Shown: positions 1 to 12,018, counted from the first letter of the whole stretch. The stretch is DNA of 63,955 nucleotides, filler included, from Octopus bimaculoides (GCF_001194135.2; 8 parts of 8 records of this genome joined end to end with filler, not necessarily neighbours in it); one strand, 5' to 3'. Notes: generated by a model not told the origin, from the sequence alone. Numbers and translations: made by a program.

Positions 1-37
<37 letters not shown>

Positions 38-40
38 AAT

Positions 41-79
<39 letters not shown>

Positions 80-82
80 CTA

Positions 83-113
<31 letters not shown>

Positions 114-357
114 TACATATATATATATATATATATACATACACACAGTGTTATTACTTAGCTTGTGCTGAGATAAAGATTAATGTAAACATACTGCTCA
201 TGTACATTTATTCGGTAGCGATTTAGTGCAGTTTTTCATTATACATATATACCATTTGAATTTTGAACTCAGACAGATAGCTATAGACTATCATCCATTG
301 CGCGTGCATGCGTGTATATATGTTAATATTTATACGTACATACGTACATGTGTATGC

Positions 358-406
<49 letters not shown>

Positions 407-705
407 TACATACGTGTGTGTGTGTGTGTGTGTGTGTAACATAAAGAGATAAGCATTTGGAATCGGGATAGCTACCTTAAAAACACTCTGATATAATCCA
501 TATTTGACTAACCACATCGAATGATAGGGGATACGCAGAATTGTTTACGATAAACAGTAAAACTGTACCTCACTCGATAATTAAATCCTGAACTCGCCTC
601 ATCGGATTTCATGTAGCACACAAAGTATATAATCAAGACATAATAATGAAGAACGGGGAATTATACATCTTCAAAATTCATTTATTTATTACAGTATTAT
701 TCATG

Positions 706-1041
706 CGAAGGCACATGGCTCAGTGGTTAGAGCGTCGAGCTTACAACCGTGAGGTTGTGAGTTCGAATCCCGGACTGGGCTGCGTGTTGTGTTCTTGAGC
801 AAGACACTTTATTTCACGTTGCTCCAGTTAACTCAGCTGTAGAAATGAGTTGCGATGTCACAGGTGCCAAGCTGTATCGGCGTCTGCCTTTCCCTTGGAT
901 AACACTGGTGGTGTGGAGAGGGGAGGCCGGTGTGCATGGGTGACTGCTGATCTTCCATAAAACAACCTTGCCCGGACTTGTGCCTCGGAGGGTAACTTTC
1001 TAGGTGCAATCCCATGGTCTGTCATGACCGAAGGAGATCTC
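706..1041 (+). mobile_element. tRNA-derived SINE (family A)
   Basis: A-box TGGCTCAGTGG, B-box GTTCGAATCC; central domain TTGAGCAAGACACTTTATTTCACGTTGCTCCAGT shared with copies at 23299, 36066 and 59290. Confidence 0.85.
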
Positions 1042-1519
1042 AGATTCTCATTACATTCCCATCTGATACGTGTTTCTGCTGCAGATATAAAGTTGAAACC
1101 ACCAGAAAGCATTGAACATCAGTGATATTTATTTAGGCTTAAAATAGCAAAAGATCAAATATAAAAGTTTATGGGCCATAATTTTAATCAAATTTTCTAA
1201 CCACACCTCAAAATACTTTATAATCCTAATGAACAGTTGTGAAACTAAAACAATACTCACACCAACATAGAAGTACATGTAAATAGACATTAACATACTA
1301 AAAATACACAACCACACTCGCACAGCTGTATTGTCTTATACCGAATATTATTTGTATATAGCACACAGAGACAAACATCAGCACATACACATCCATACAC
1401 ACAAATATACTTTTATACTATACAAGTATACACTTATATTCACATAAACACACATATACATATATAAGCATATTTGCACACACACACATATATGCATGTA
1501 TATATATGTGTAAGTTAAA

Positions 1520-1690
1520 AAAAAGACAAAAAACAACAACGTGAGGACGTGATACGGATGGTGTTATTAGACGCTCGGAAAAGGAAAGAGAGAGAGTATG
1601 ACGTTTCGTCGGAAACAAGGAAAGTTCAAAGAATGGAAAAACGGAGGAAGAAAAAATCGGCACCGATGCCCACGAGGTTACATATGTGAT
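1520..1690 (-). mobile_element. Penelope-like terminal repeat fragment (hammerhead core deleted)
   Basis: Shares GACGCTCGG...ACGTTTCG and acaac/gagga blocks with the 5465-5760 and 61920-62115 repeats. Confidence 0.4.
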
Positions 1691-3345
1691 TATATATATG
1701 TGTATTATATATATGTGATTATCAGCCCAAGAGATTTACATGTGTAGCGAACCATGAAGAATAGACCAGAGATACAAACAAATAGAAGACCAATCCCATT
1801 TAAGTGCCAGCCAGTACCATCTACTACCATTCATTGCAGTCCAACAAACACCATGGGCCTATCAGCCGCTACTATATTCAAACCACCACGAACAGAAAAA
1901 ATGGCCTTGAAGTCGACGATTTTATATCAACAGAGATAACACTCGTATATCGCCTGAGGAAACAAAACTAGATCTCATTATGCAAACAAACTGTTGCATA
2001 ATCAAATACCTGTATTCTTGGAGAACAACGTTGCTTCGAAACAATTGTAGCGAATAATAAATAAATGTCCTCCCGTACTCCTTCTTCTTGACTTCAATTT
2101 GTTCAATTTTACAAATATATATATGAGTGATATAGTTTGCACAAAGCGTTATCTGATATCGATCAATGATTTTAAATTATTTTTATAGCCAAAGCAATGG
2201 GAGCTAAAAGAAATAATATTACAAGTCGATGTCTTGTAGTCTTACGTAATATTTCAGGTGAGTTCACGCCACAATATCACCGAAGATTCCTGAAGAAGAG
2301 TTCCTAACCACGAAATATTCAGTTATTGAAGGTAAAAGTACAAAGCATTGACTTGCATTATTTCTCATAACTCGCATTGTCTGGCTTAATGAATAATTTA
2401 AATATTATCAACAGGCCACACACACGTGTGTGTGCGTGTGTGTAATATAAGTATATATATATATATATTCATACTTACACACGCACACATATCTATATAC
2501 TTACATATGTGCACATGCATGTATAGATGCGTGTGTATTCGTGTGTGCGCGTGGTATGGATTATACCTAATTTTGTATCCGTCTACTTATTCATATCTTT
2601 TGTTTATCTTTAATAGTGCAGTGAACAAATGCTAACCCAATAGCGGTCAGTGACTTACTAAATAGATATTCTTAACTTAGGCTGGGAAAACAGCCAATTG
2701 CTCATTCCCTTTCCGCGTATTTTCTCATGATAAAGCAACAATAACAACTAACTAACTAACCCATTAGCGAGACAAAAGATTACAGAAAGATTAAAACTAA
2801 ATTAAATTACAAGAAAATTCATAAAATCTAAACAGATAAAGAAATAAATAGATAAATAATTAAATAAAACATAAAATAACCACGTAAATTAAAATATATA
2901 TAAAATTAAATAAATGATGCAAAATGAAAACTTCAAGGGTGGTAGTAGAAGTACAGAACAATATCAGTGACAATAATAAATTGTGATGCATCATAAGAAA
3001 GAAAATAATAAAAAAAAAATTGAATGTAAGCTTTGTATCTCATAGCGAAGGTGCCTTGGGAGAATTAAATTTCTTCCCAAGATTTCACTTCTACTGTTTC
3101 CTTTATCGCTTTTAATATCTATACGTTTTCACACGAGTTTATACAGTTTTTTATAAGCAGATTGCATTTATGAGTGTACAGTTTTAAACAACTGCCACGA
3201 CATTCAGGTTTCAGACAAATAATAGCTTTGCGTTATATACTGCTACAAGTTTACAGGTGACCGGTTGCGCTAATATGGATGGCTGTCTACTACTAAAATA
3301 CATTTAGCCTCTGTGTCTGCATATTTATGCGAGAATGTATGCTCA

Positions 3346-3383
<38 letters not shown>

Positions 3384-3536
3384 NNNNNNNNNNNNNNNNN
3401 NNNNNNNNNNNNNNNNNNNNNNNNNNNNNNNNNNNNNNNNNNNNNNNNNNNNNNNNNNNNNNNNNNNNNNNNNNNNNNNNNNNNNNNNNNNNNNNNNNNN
3501 NNNNNNNNNNNNNNNNNNNNNNNNNNNNNNNNNNNN

Positions 3537-3630
3537 GGCCAGAGTTCTTTCGTCACACTTCTGTGACCTCATCAGTGGTCCTAAAGGACCACTGATGAGG
3601 TCACAGAAGTGTGACGAAAGAACTCTGGCC
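3537..3630. repeat. Perfect 46-bp-arm palindrome
   Basis: 3537-3582 is the exact reverse complement of 3585-3630 with a 2-nt AA loop; abuts an N gap. Confidence 0.95.
3586..3630 (+). ncRNA. Minimal type I hammerhead ribozyme-like motif
   Basis: GGACCA-CUGAUGA-G-GUCACA(GAAG)UGUGAC-GAAA-GAAC-UC-UGGCC: canonical core, 6-bp stem II, 2-bp stem III, stem I CCA/UGG plus GG/CC with one bulge. Confidence 0.45.
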
Positions 3631-4011
3631 GAAATAAGATTAAGATTAAGATTAATGTAATATAAAGCTGAAAAAAAATATATATATACAGTGCGTGTGT
3701 TTTTATTGGCTAAACTGGCAATATGACCATCCCCAAGTACAACAACATATATATATAGATATATATATATATATATATCGCTGTGGTATAGCGACAGTGG
3801 TAGAACTCAATATACATGGGCTTCAGTGCGTAGCATGAGTTGTGTACAGAGCGTAATATAAAATGTCAAGGATGTAGTAGTTACGTAATCAACTTCGTTA
3901 GCTTACGGTTGTTTCAGAAGTTCAGGGAAGCTAATAAGGATATGAGTACGCTGCATCCTAAAGCAGTAACAGCTATAAACTTGATGGAGTTGATAACGTG
4001 ATCCCTGTCTC

Positions 4012-4055
<44 letters not shown>

Positions 4056-4192
4056 AGTTGCATGTGTAGGATAAATGATTTTGATGATATTAAGGTAAAA
4101 TGCCCTTTCGTTTTTTCTATCCAAAGAGCTTTTTGACCTAATATTTATACTATTATTAATAGCTTTATNNNNNNNNNNNNNNNNNNNNNNNN

Positions 4193-4230
<38 letters not shown>

Positions 4231-4415
4231 CTGTGTGTTTTCTGTACTCTGGTTATTTTAATTTTTTTTGTCTACGTTTTGCTTGCAACGTCCTGTACCC
4301 AGATATGCACCTATATATACAGGTTGATGTAGGTATGCACACACTTGTACGCATATATGCATATACTTATTTATTATTTGTTTATATATATATAGGTTTC
4401 GAGTTTTGATCACCG

Positions 4416-4455
<40 letters not shown>

Positions 4456-4462
4456 ACACACA

Positions 4463-4496
<34 letters not shown>

Positions 4497-5005
4497 AATA
4501 TATATTTCATTCCATATCTGCTACCTCTGATGAGCATAGGGCTATAAAATCGGATTGTTACTTAACACAGCGTTGTATCCCTAGCACGAAACCGATTGGT
4601 AAGATCGGCCGTGATAGATAGATAATACTGTATCGGATTATATATATATATATATGTATACGTGTGTGGTGGTGGGGTGTTATATCGAGTTATGATAAAA
4701 AAAAATTTGCATCAAACTGAAGCATTACTCAGTGCATTTTTTGTAGAGTACATAATAATACATTTTCACAAGAGTGGTGACAGTGACTTCGATGGTTCGA
4801 CCACGTATTGCTCGCGTTGTTTCTGGTTCAGTGTCACTATGCAGCACCTTGAACAAATATTTTCAGTTCTAGACCCGAGTCAAGCAAAGCTTTGTTTTTG
4901 AATTTGGTAGAAAATGTGTGGAAGCCGGTTTTAAGCGTCCCCGTAACTTAGCAATCCGGTTGACGCATACATACGTATACACATAGATATTTCTACATAC
5001 ATATC

Positions 5006-5069
<64 letters not shown>

Positions 5070-5464
5070 NNNNNNNNNNNNNNNNNNNNNNNNNNNNNNN
5101 NNNNNNNNNNNNNNNNNNNNNNNNNNNNNNNNNNNNNNNNNNNNNNNNNNNNNNNNNNNNNNNNNNNNNNNNNNNNNNNNNNNNNNNNNNNNNNNNNNNN
5201 NNNNNNNNNNNNNNNNNNNNNNNNNNNNNNNNNNNNNNNNNNNNNNNNNNNNNNNNNNNNNNNNNNNNNNNNNNNNNNNNNNNNNNNNNNNNNNNATTAT
5301 TTTTCAATTTTTGTCCGTCCGCTTCTTCGCTTTCAACACGTATAAATTATAAAGTGATATTTTGAAATGGTTAGACGGATTTAACGTCTATCTTCAGCAT
5401 ATAGACATAAAAATCTCTGTGCCCTTAATTATAATTCTATTTCATACTATTATATATGTATATA

Positions 5465-5760
5465 TAGGGAGAATTCTCAAAAAAAAAACAACAAAAGACG
5501 AAGACAGGTGGTGTAGACAACAAACAGATGTACTAATATAACGCTCGGGAAGTGAAAAGGTCTTTAACGTTTCGAGACTACGCTCTTCCACAGAAAGGAA
5601 CACAGAAAGAAACAGGGAGAGAAAATAAAGAATGTGTAGTGACTAGCGATCAATCATGCGAATGCCGGACAGAGGGGTCATACAGGGGAGCTAGAAAGAA
5701 TGGGAGATAATAAAGTAGTGGTGATCCCAAAACGAAGGTGTGCGTGCGCGTGTATACGGG
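5465..5760 (-). mobile_element. Penelope-like terminal repeat fragment
   Basis: Homologous to 61920-62115; carries a hammerhead-like motif; TA-microsatellite flank. Penelope assignment is inferred from the motif type. Confidence 0.5.
5561..5598 (-). ncRNA. Variant minimal hammerhead-like motif
   Basis: CCUUU-CUGUGGA-A-GAG(CGUAGU)CUC-GAAA-CG-UU-AAAGA; palindromic AACGUU in place of stem III; A6U core variant. Confidence 0.35.
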
Positions 5761-5813
5761 AGCATTTATGTGCGTGTGGAAGAGGGCTGGTGACCTTGCC
5801 GTGCGCGCGTGTG

Positions 5814-5877
<64 letters not shown>

Positions 5878-6016
5878 GAATGTACTTAAATACGTCTATT
5901 TTTTATATGTTGACCACTGATAATTTTTTTTTTTTTATTTTATCCTTAATTATATTTGAATATATATCATACATACATACCTGTATGTATATGTGTGTGC
6001 ATATGTATATATATAT

Positions 6017-6280
6017 AAAATTATAATTTAGGGTATCTAAGAGATACCACCACGCTGGAAATAGCAGTCAAAACTTGACTCTAAAACTACATTAAATGTT
6101 CATATAGCACCAGTAGAGAAGACAAAGAGACAAAATAAACTAGCAAAAATTTGCTAGTTCATTTTGTCTCTTCGTCTTCTCTCCTGGTGCTGTATGAACA
6201 TTTAATGTGGTTTTAGAGTCAAGTTATGGCTGCTATATCTAGCATGGTGGTATCTCTTAGATACCCTTAATTATAATTTT
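6017..6280. repeat. Long near-perfect foldback (about 131-bp arms, 2-nt loop), MITE-like
   Basis: 6017-6147 pairs with 6150-6280 with about 11 mismatches by manual alignment. Confidence 0.9.
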
Positions 6281-6362
6281 AAATAATTATTACCTTTGAT
6301 GGTTTTTATTACCATGCTGGCCACGTCATAAAATCGATATTTTAAATATTGATCTTATCCTC

Positions 6363-6403
<41 letters not shown>

Positions 6404-6805
6404 CATATTCTTCAAATATGTGTATGTGAGAGAGAGTGTGTATGTGAGAGAGAGAGTGTGTGTGTGTGAGTGTGCGCGTGTGTGTATGCATGTATATATG
6501 TATGTGTCATATCGGTGCTTACTGTAACTAATCAATGTTACCCAGACTTGACGCATTTTCTGATCAACATTTAGTACATATATATTTTAGGATACCATTA
6601 TTCAGTGTGATTTTGAACATCTTATTTAGACGCTCACACGGTTTGACGTCATTTTGAAATAGTTGTTTGGTCAGCTATACATTTACAAAACAAAAACGAT
6701 GTTCGTATCCTGCAGGTATTGTTACAACTTCTTATCTCTCCTTCATGAGTATTAGATGTATAATCTAGTCTATTTGCTGTAGGACTCCGTATGTGTTGTG
6801 CATCG

Positions 6806-6923
6806 CGATTACACGACAACTGCTATTGTACGAAGCCTGATACGATTACACGACAACTGCTATTGTACGAAGCCTGATACGATTACACGACAACTGCTAT
6901 TGTACGAAGCCTGATACGATTAC
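6806..6923. repeat. 37-bp tandem repeat x3.2
   Basis: Identical units CGATTACACGACAACTGCTATTGTACGAAGCCTGATA at 6806, 6843, 6880, partial at 6917; no spacers. Confidence 0.95.
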
Positions 6924-6944
6924 TTAACTATTTTTACTAATATA

Positions 6945-7346
6945 GACACAAGGCCCGAAATTCTGTGGGAGGACGATAGTCGATTACATGGACATCAGTG
7001 GTCAACTGGTATTTATTCTATCGATACCGAAATCATGAAAAGTAAAGTCGGCACCGGTAGAATTTATACAGAGACCGTAAAGCGTCGGAAGAAATGACGC
7101 TAAGCATTTTGTCCGACGCACTGACTAGTTTGCCAGCTCACCACCTTTGCTTCAAAGTTTGGTACAAGGTCATCAGTTCTGATGGGAATGGTTAAGTCGA
7201 TTGCTTCAATCCTAGTACTCGATTCGTACTTATTTCATTGACTCCAAAAGGATTAAAGGCAAAGTCGACGTCGTTGAAATTTGAACTCAGAACGTAAAGA
7301 ACGGGAAAAAATGTTGCTATGGATTTTGTACAACGTACAAACAGTC
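6945..7346 (-). mobile_element. Two degenerate SINE family B copies
   Basis: Reverse complement of the GAGCTGGCAGAA...TTCTGAGTTCAAATT...GTCGACTTTGCCTTT core, at 6945-7145 and 7154-7346. Confidence 0.75.
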
Positions 7347-7631
7347 TTACGATTATTTCCCTTTATGAGTAGGATCCTTTTTTAAAATAAGCAGCCACTG
7401 GGGTTCCGTTTTCCTACTTGCTACCTTATATTTAACAGAAGAAAATTGTACCAGTTATTTCTCTATACTTCATTTGAATATTTTTAATAAGTTAGCTATC
7501 TTAGATGAGTTAACAGCTACAAAAGAAAGCGGTAGTAACTATAATCATTCAGTATTGTAGTTTAAGTATTATATAAAAGATACAGGTTTTCTTTCTTATT
7601 TTTTTTTCTTTTTAATATATTTATTACGATA

Positions 7632-8516
7632 GGGCGGTGAGCTGGCAGAAACGTTAAGCACGCCGGGCGAAATACGAAGCGGTATTTCGTTTGCCGTTAC
7701 GTTCTGAGTTCGAATTCCGCTGAGGTCGACTTTGCCTTTCATCCTTTCGGGGTCGATTAATAAGTACCAGTTACGCACTGGGGTCGGTATAATCGACTTA
7801 ATCCGTTTGTGTGTCCTTGTTTGTCCCCTCTTTATGTAGCCCCTTGTGGGCAGTAAAGAAATAAGAAACATTAGCTCGCCGGGCGAAATACTTAGCGGTA
7901 TTTCGTCTGTCTTTACGTTCTGAGTTCAAATTCCGCCGATGTCGACTTTGCCTTTCATTCTTTCGGGGTCGATTAATTATGTACCAGTTGCATACTGTGG
8001 TCGATCTAATCGACTGGTTCTCTCCCCCAAAATTTCAGGCCTTGTGCCTCGAGTAGAAGAAAATATATTAATTGCAATAGGACGGTGAGCTGGCAGAGTC
8101 GTTAGCACGCCGGGCGAAATGCTTAGCGGTATTTCGTCTGCCGTTACGTTCTGAGTTCAAATTCCGCCGAGGTTGACTTTGCCTTTCATCCTTTCGGGAT
8201 CGATTAAATAAGTACCAATTGCACACTGGGGTCGACGTAATCGACTTGTCTTTCCTTGTTTATCCCTTCTATGTTTAACCCACTGTGTGCAATAAAGAGA
8301 TAAATATATGTATTGCATTTAAGGCGGCGAGCTGGCTGAATCGTTAGCGACATTTCGTCTGACTTTACGTTCTGGGTTTAAATTCCGCTGAGGTCGACTT
8401 TACCTGTCATCCCTTTCAGGTTGATAAATGAAGTAACAGTTGATCACTTGAATCGATGTAATCGACTGACTCCTTCCCACGAAATTGGTGGCCTTGTGCC
8501 AAAATTTGAAACCAAT
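7632..8516 (+). mobile_element. Four head-to-tail SINE family B copies
   Basis: Starts at about 7632, 7870, 8080 and 8322; core GGCGAAATGCTTAGCGGTATTTCGTCTG...GTTCTGAGTTCAAATTCCGCCGAGGTCGACTTTGCCTTTCATCCTTTCGGGGTCGAT. Confidence 0.85.
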
Positions 8517-8980
8517 ATATTCATTGCATTTCTATAGTGCAGTCAGCAACGTATTTACATGGATCAAGCATAGTACTAAAGAGTATAATGCATTAGAAAT
8601 TTGAAATACATTACAAAGGAAAAATGCATATTTTTTTCATATATAATAAATAAATTCTTTATTCATATATACTTTTCAAACACCTTTGATTTAAAGCAAA
8701 TTCTTCTCATATCTTGTGTAATTCTATTTGTCGTTCGAAAATGATCGGTATCTATGTCTCCTTTGCTATGCGAGCCAGTGAAAACAACTGTTCTGCAGTT
8801 ATTGTGTGCATCTTAGTCGAATTCTGTTTAACGTGTGAAAATTTCAATCGCTTGCACAGGATTTGCATTCATGGAGAGGTAAAGTTTCAGACATAGAAAA
8901 GAAATCCAGTTTAAGCAATAACTCTAAAATTACATTGCTAGACTTGGTCTTTTTAAAGTTGCTGTCATTATACATGGCCT

Positions 8981-9180
8981 AAGGTAGTAAGCTGACGAAA
9001 TCGCTTGCACGCCAGAAAAAATACTTAGCAGCGTTTCTTCCGGCTTTACATTCTGAGTTCAAATCCCACCAAAACCGACTTTGCCTTTGGAGTCGATAAA
9101 ATACTTGGGCTTATGTAATCGATTAGCATCTACCCACTCCATTTCCTAAAATTTCAGGCCTTGTGCCTATAATAGAAGGA
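8981..9180 (+). mobile_element. SINE family B copy
   Basis: Same core (TTCTGAGTTCAAATCC...GACTTTGCCTTT) and AAATTTCAGGCCTTGTGCCT tail. Confidence 0.75.
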
Positions 9181-9184
9181 TATA

Positions 9185-9890
9185 GAGTAATGCCTCTATA
9201 TACGAGTTAATTTGTTTCCGGAGACCGCTCGTTAAAAGAAGATTCGTGAAGCAGAGCGATGATTTCCCGTAGTAGCAATGTTATAAATCGTAATTCGTTC
9301 CCAGAAAAATATTTTACCTATAAAATTTATAATACTTGTAAATAAATGGCAATAAACAGCAGTAGAACTGTAAAGTAAAAAGAATGTCAATATCGTTTGT
9401 AATAAAAACTATCATTATAATCGTTTTCTGAATTACTTTCACTCACATTAGATTCGTGTACACCATCACTTGTAGATGCGATCGCTGATTCACAAACGCT
9501 CGTAGACGGACTTGTAGATTTCTTTTTAAAAAAACAAATCTAGAGTTGTTTGCTTAGAAGAAGCTTTTTCTCGCTATCTATAAATTTCTCGGTAAGCATT
9601 TGTTTTTGTTGTAGAAACTTTTGTACTTCATTCAAAATTTGGATCTTGTGCTTGAAAAATGAAACTCGTAAAGCGGGTCCTTGCAAAGTGAAGTTTTACT
9701 GTACCTGAGCTCATTTACTTTGGATTTTTTAATAAAATATACAAAGCGTCTCAATGTTGCAAAAAGAATGTATTAACCAATACAAAATCAAACTTCTTCA
9801 CGTCAAGAAATTCAAAATATATAAATTCTTTTATGTGAGCAAATCACTGCTTGAACGATAGCAATTTCGAAATGCGTCGTTTTATAACTC
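9185..9890 (-). mobile_element. pogo/Tigger-like DNA transposon remnant
   Basis: TIR-like AGTAATGCCTCTATATACGAGT at the left end; minus-strand peptide KASSKQTTLDLFFKK resembles the Tigger transposase C-terminus. Confidence 0.45.
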
Positions 9891-10696
9891 ATTTGTTTTC
9901 CCTTAGTTCTTTTTCTAGGGGAAAGGTCTAAGGCATTGAATGGTTCAATGTCTACCATTGTTTCTGAAATAATGTTTTCATAACATTCATTGCTATAATG
10001 ATTTGAAACTGCTGATTAAAATCAGCATAATTCAAGTTGAGCTACTTAGGCAGTAGAATGTCAAATACATTCTCAGTGTGTGATTGCACGGTGTTAAAAT
10101 ATTTTATGAAAAATATGGAAGTGAAGTCATTTAATCTTCTAAATAGACTGACAGTTTTACTTGATGTATCTTCAACTCGTGTTTCATTATTGTCCAAAAT
10201 AATTTGAAATGCACTTTTACAAGTGTTCATTTATGAGTGACACACTTCTAGGTTGATAGGATCACACTCTGTCGCGCAGTGATGGAATGCGGATATTATA
10301 ACTTCAGAAAACAATTTCCCCTTTCGTATACGAAGATTTAAAGCTAAAGCTAAACAGATACGAAAATAAAATTTAGTTACATTAACTTTCTCAGTGACAC
10401 TTAACAAGGGACGCGTTCGGACCCTGGGTAGAAGGGTCTCTTTGAAAATTATATTGCAATTTCCACCCAATGCCGGCACAAACACCAATAAGATTGTAAC
10501 TTATTCTGGTGGTTTGGAATGGGAACAGAAAGAATGTGTGTTCAGGAGAGTCCAGGGGGGAAGATCCGTTTGTTAGGAAAGTGTAATGAAGATCGCATCG
10601 GATAGGACCTTACAGAGGAGATGCCTGAGAACTCTAGCTCGCGATCCCCCCAGGAATATTGAGTGGATAATGTGCGTTCGTACGTTTGTACTGGTT

Positions 10697-10734
10697 TTAG
10701 GGTTAGGATTAGGGTTGGGGTTTTAGGGTTAGAG
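10697..10734 (+). repeat. Degenerate interstitial TTAGGG-like array
   Basis: TTAGGG TTAGGA TTAGGG TTGGGG tt TTAGGG TTAGAG. Confidence 0.6.
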
Positions 10735-11314
10735 TTAAAGAAAAAAGTGAAAATTTATAGTAGCTGAAAAAAAGGGAAAAAAAACTAAAAGCAGTAGAAA
10801 TGCACGAATGATTATGGTGGTGACATGAAGTAAACATGCTTCAGATACACTCGTTTATTCATACGAACGTAACTGAGATGAAATATGTCGTAAATAACAG
10901 TGACAAACGAAATATATACCGCTGGAAGTTGTTGTTGACAAACAGACGGCAGTAATTTTTTTCAGCTGAATGCACGTCATTGATTGGTTGAAATTACCGA
11001 AATACGACAACTTTAACACGAAATAACTTTGAAAATATAAACTTTTCTAAAAAAACACTAGGAGTAAAAGATGTTTTATATGACACATTCTACCAGTGTC
11101 CGAAGTTTGAAAGTGTTTAGTTACAAAAAATTAATTTCTCGATCTGCTGTTGAAAGGGAAATGATCCTCGGTAGTTTTCTGTTTGCACTGAGATAGATAG
11201 ATTACTTTCAACTTCAATTGGAATTACATCTGCTATTATGCTGTCAATTGCAGATATATAGTTGTTGTTGNNNNNNNNNNNNNNNNNNNNNNNNNNNNNN
11301 NNNNNNNNNNNNNN

Positions 11315-11326
11315 TTAATTAATTAA
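11315..11326. other. Assembly gap linker TTAATTAATTAA (also 21079, 32428, 54739, 58403, 60290, 62831)
   Basis: Identical 12-mer centred in 44 N + 44 N blocks seven times; gives stops in all six frames. Confidence 0.95.
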
Positions 11327-11370
11327 NNNNNNNNNNNNNNNNNNNNNNNNNNNNNNNNNNNNNNNNNNNN

Positions 11371-11665
11371 CCTTATTTTTTGCCAGTACCGCCTGACTGG
11401 CCTTCGTGCGGGTGGCACATAAAGGACACCATTTCGAGCGTGGCCGTTTCCAGTACCGCCTGACTGGCCTTCGTGCGGGTGACACGTAAAAGCACCCACT
11501 ACACTCTCAGAGTGGTTGGCGTTAGGAAGGGCATCCAGCTGGAGAAACTCTGCCAGATCAGATTGGAGCCTGGTGTAGCCATCCGGTTTCACCAGTCCTC
11601 AGTCAAATCGTCCAACCCATGCTAGCATGGAAAGCGGACATTAAACGATGATGATGATGATGATG
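11371..11665 (+). mobile_element. RTE-LINE-type 3' end repeat (family D) with (GAT)n tail
   Basis: TTAGGAAGGGCATCCAGCTG...CATGCTAGCATGGAAAGCGGAC...(GAT)n; homologous copies at 16190, 17430 and 17830 include RTE-like ETCGRGRPKKT coding remnants. Confidence 0.75.
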
Positions 11666-11717
11666 AAAGACAGTTGCTCCCATAAATTCTAAAATAAAAT
11701 TTGGGATTTATGGAGGG

Positions 11718-11886
11718 TCAAAGTTGGGAACAAAAACAGGACAGTGGAGACGTACAAAGAAACTGAATGAAAACAGGAGACCAGAATGAGAGGAAAATAG
11801 TGAACGCTGGGAGAAACATTTTTGGCAGTGTTTCTACAGCGGGATTTTCTCTGTCTGCCTCTCTCATGCCCTCTTTCAACTGTGCC
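11718..11886 (-). CDS. Candidate alternative terminal exon with hydrophobic tail
   Basis: 72-nt GT-AG intron (11887-11958, acceptor cattcttcttcag); phase-2 junction enters the open frame (R)AQLKEGMREADRENPAVETLPKMFLPAFTIFLSFWSPVFIQFLCTSPLSCFCSQL-stop. No homology recognised. Confidence 0.22.
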
Positions 11887-11958
11887 CTGAAGAAGAATGG
11901 TTTTGGGCAGGAAGTTGTGGCAAGGTACATGATATCAGGCAAGCTTTTGTCTTTTTAC

Positions 11959-12018
11959 CTGCACAGGGAGTGGTTCCTGTCTGCCACCGCATTTCCTGGG
12001 ACCGCAGTTTGTCCACAA
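11959..12018 (-). CDS. Candidate non-canonical exon after UBE2M exon 3 (60 nt, phase 2-2)
   Basis: 75-nt GT-AG intron (12019-12093) with pyrimidine tract ctctgtcctctataccag; in frame and stop-free (S)CGQTAVPGNAVADRNHSLC(R); donor CAG|GTAAAA. No homology recognised. Confidence 0.3.

Noticed and set aside
706-780. tRNA-like sequences (also 15766, 23299, 36066, 59470-59536)
   Set aside because: A and B boxes continue into shared SINE bodies; these are SINE heads, not tRNA genes.
2189-2257. Plus-strand exon-like segment (AG...CAG|GTGAGT, open frame KAMGAKRNNITSRCLVVLRNIS)
   Set aside because: No partner exons or homology; adjacent CTGAAGAAGAG...CGAAA suggests a decayed retroelement end.
3907-4005. 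Segment with splice-like ends on both strands
   Set aside because: No frame resembles Ubc12 or any protein I recognise; too ambiguous.
6806-6923. CRISPR-like 37-bp direct repeats
   Set aside because: Units abut with no spacers, there are no cas genes, and the context is eukaryotic.
11315-11326. Recurrent TTAATTAATTAA motif
   Set aside because: Always centred in identical 100-nt N blocks; a scaffolding linker, not biology.
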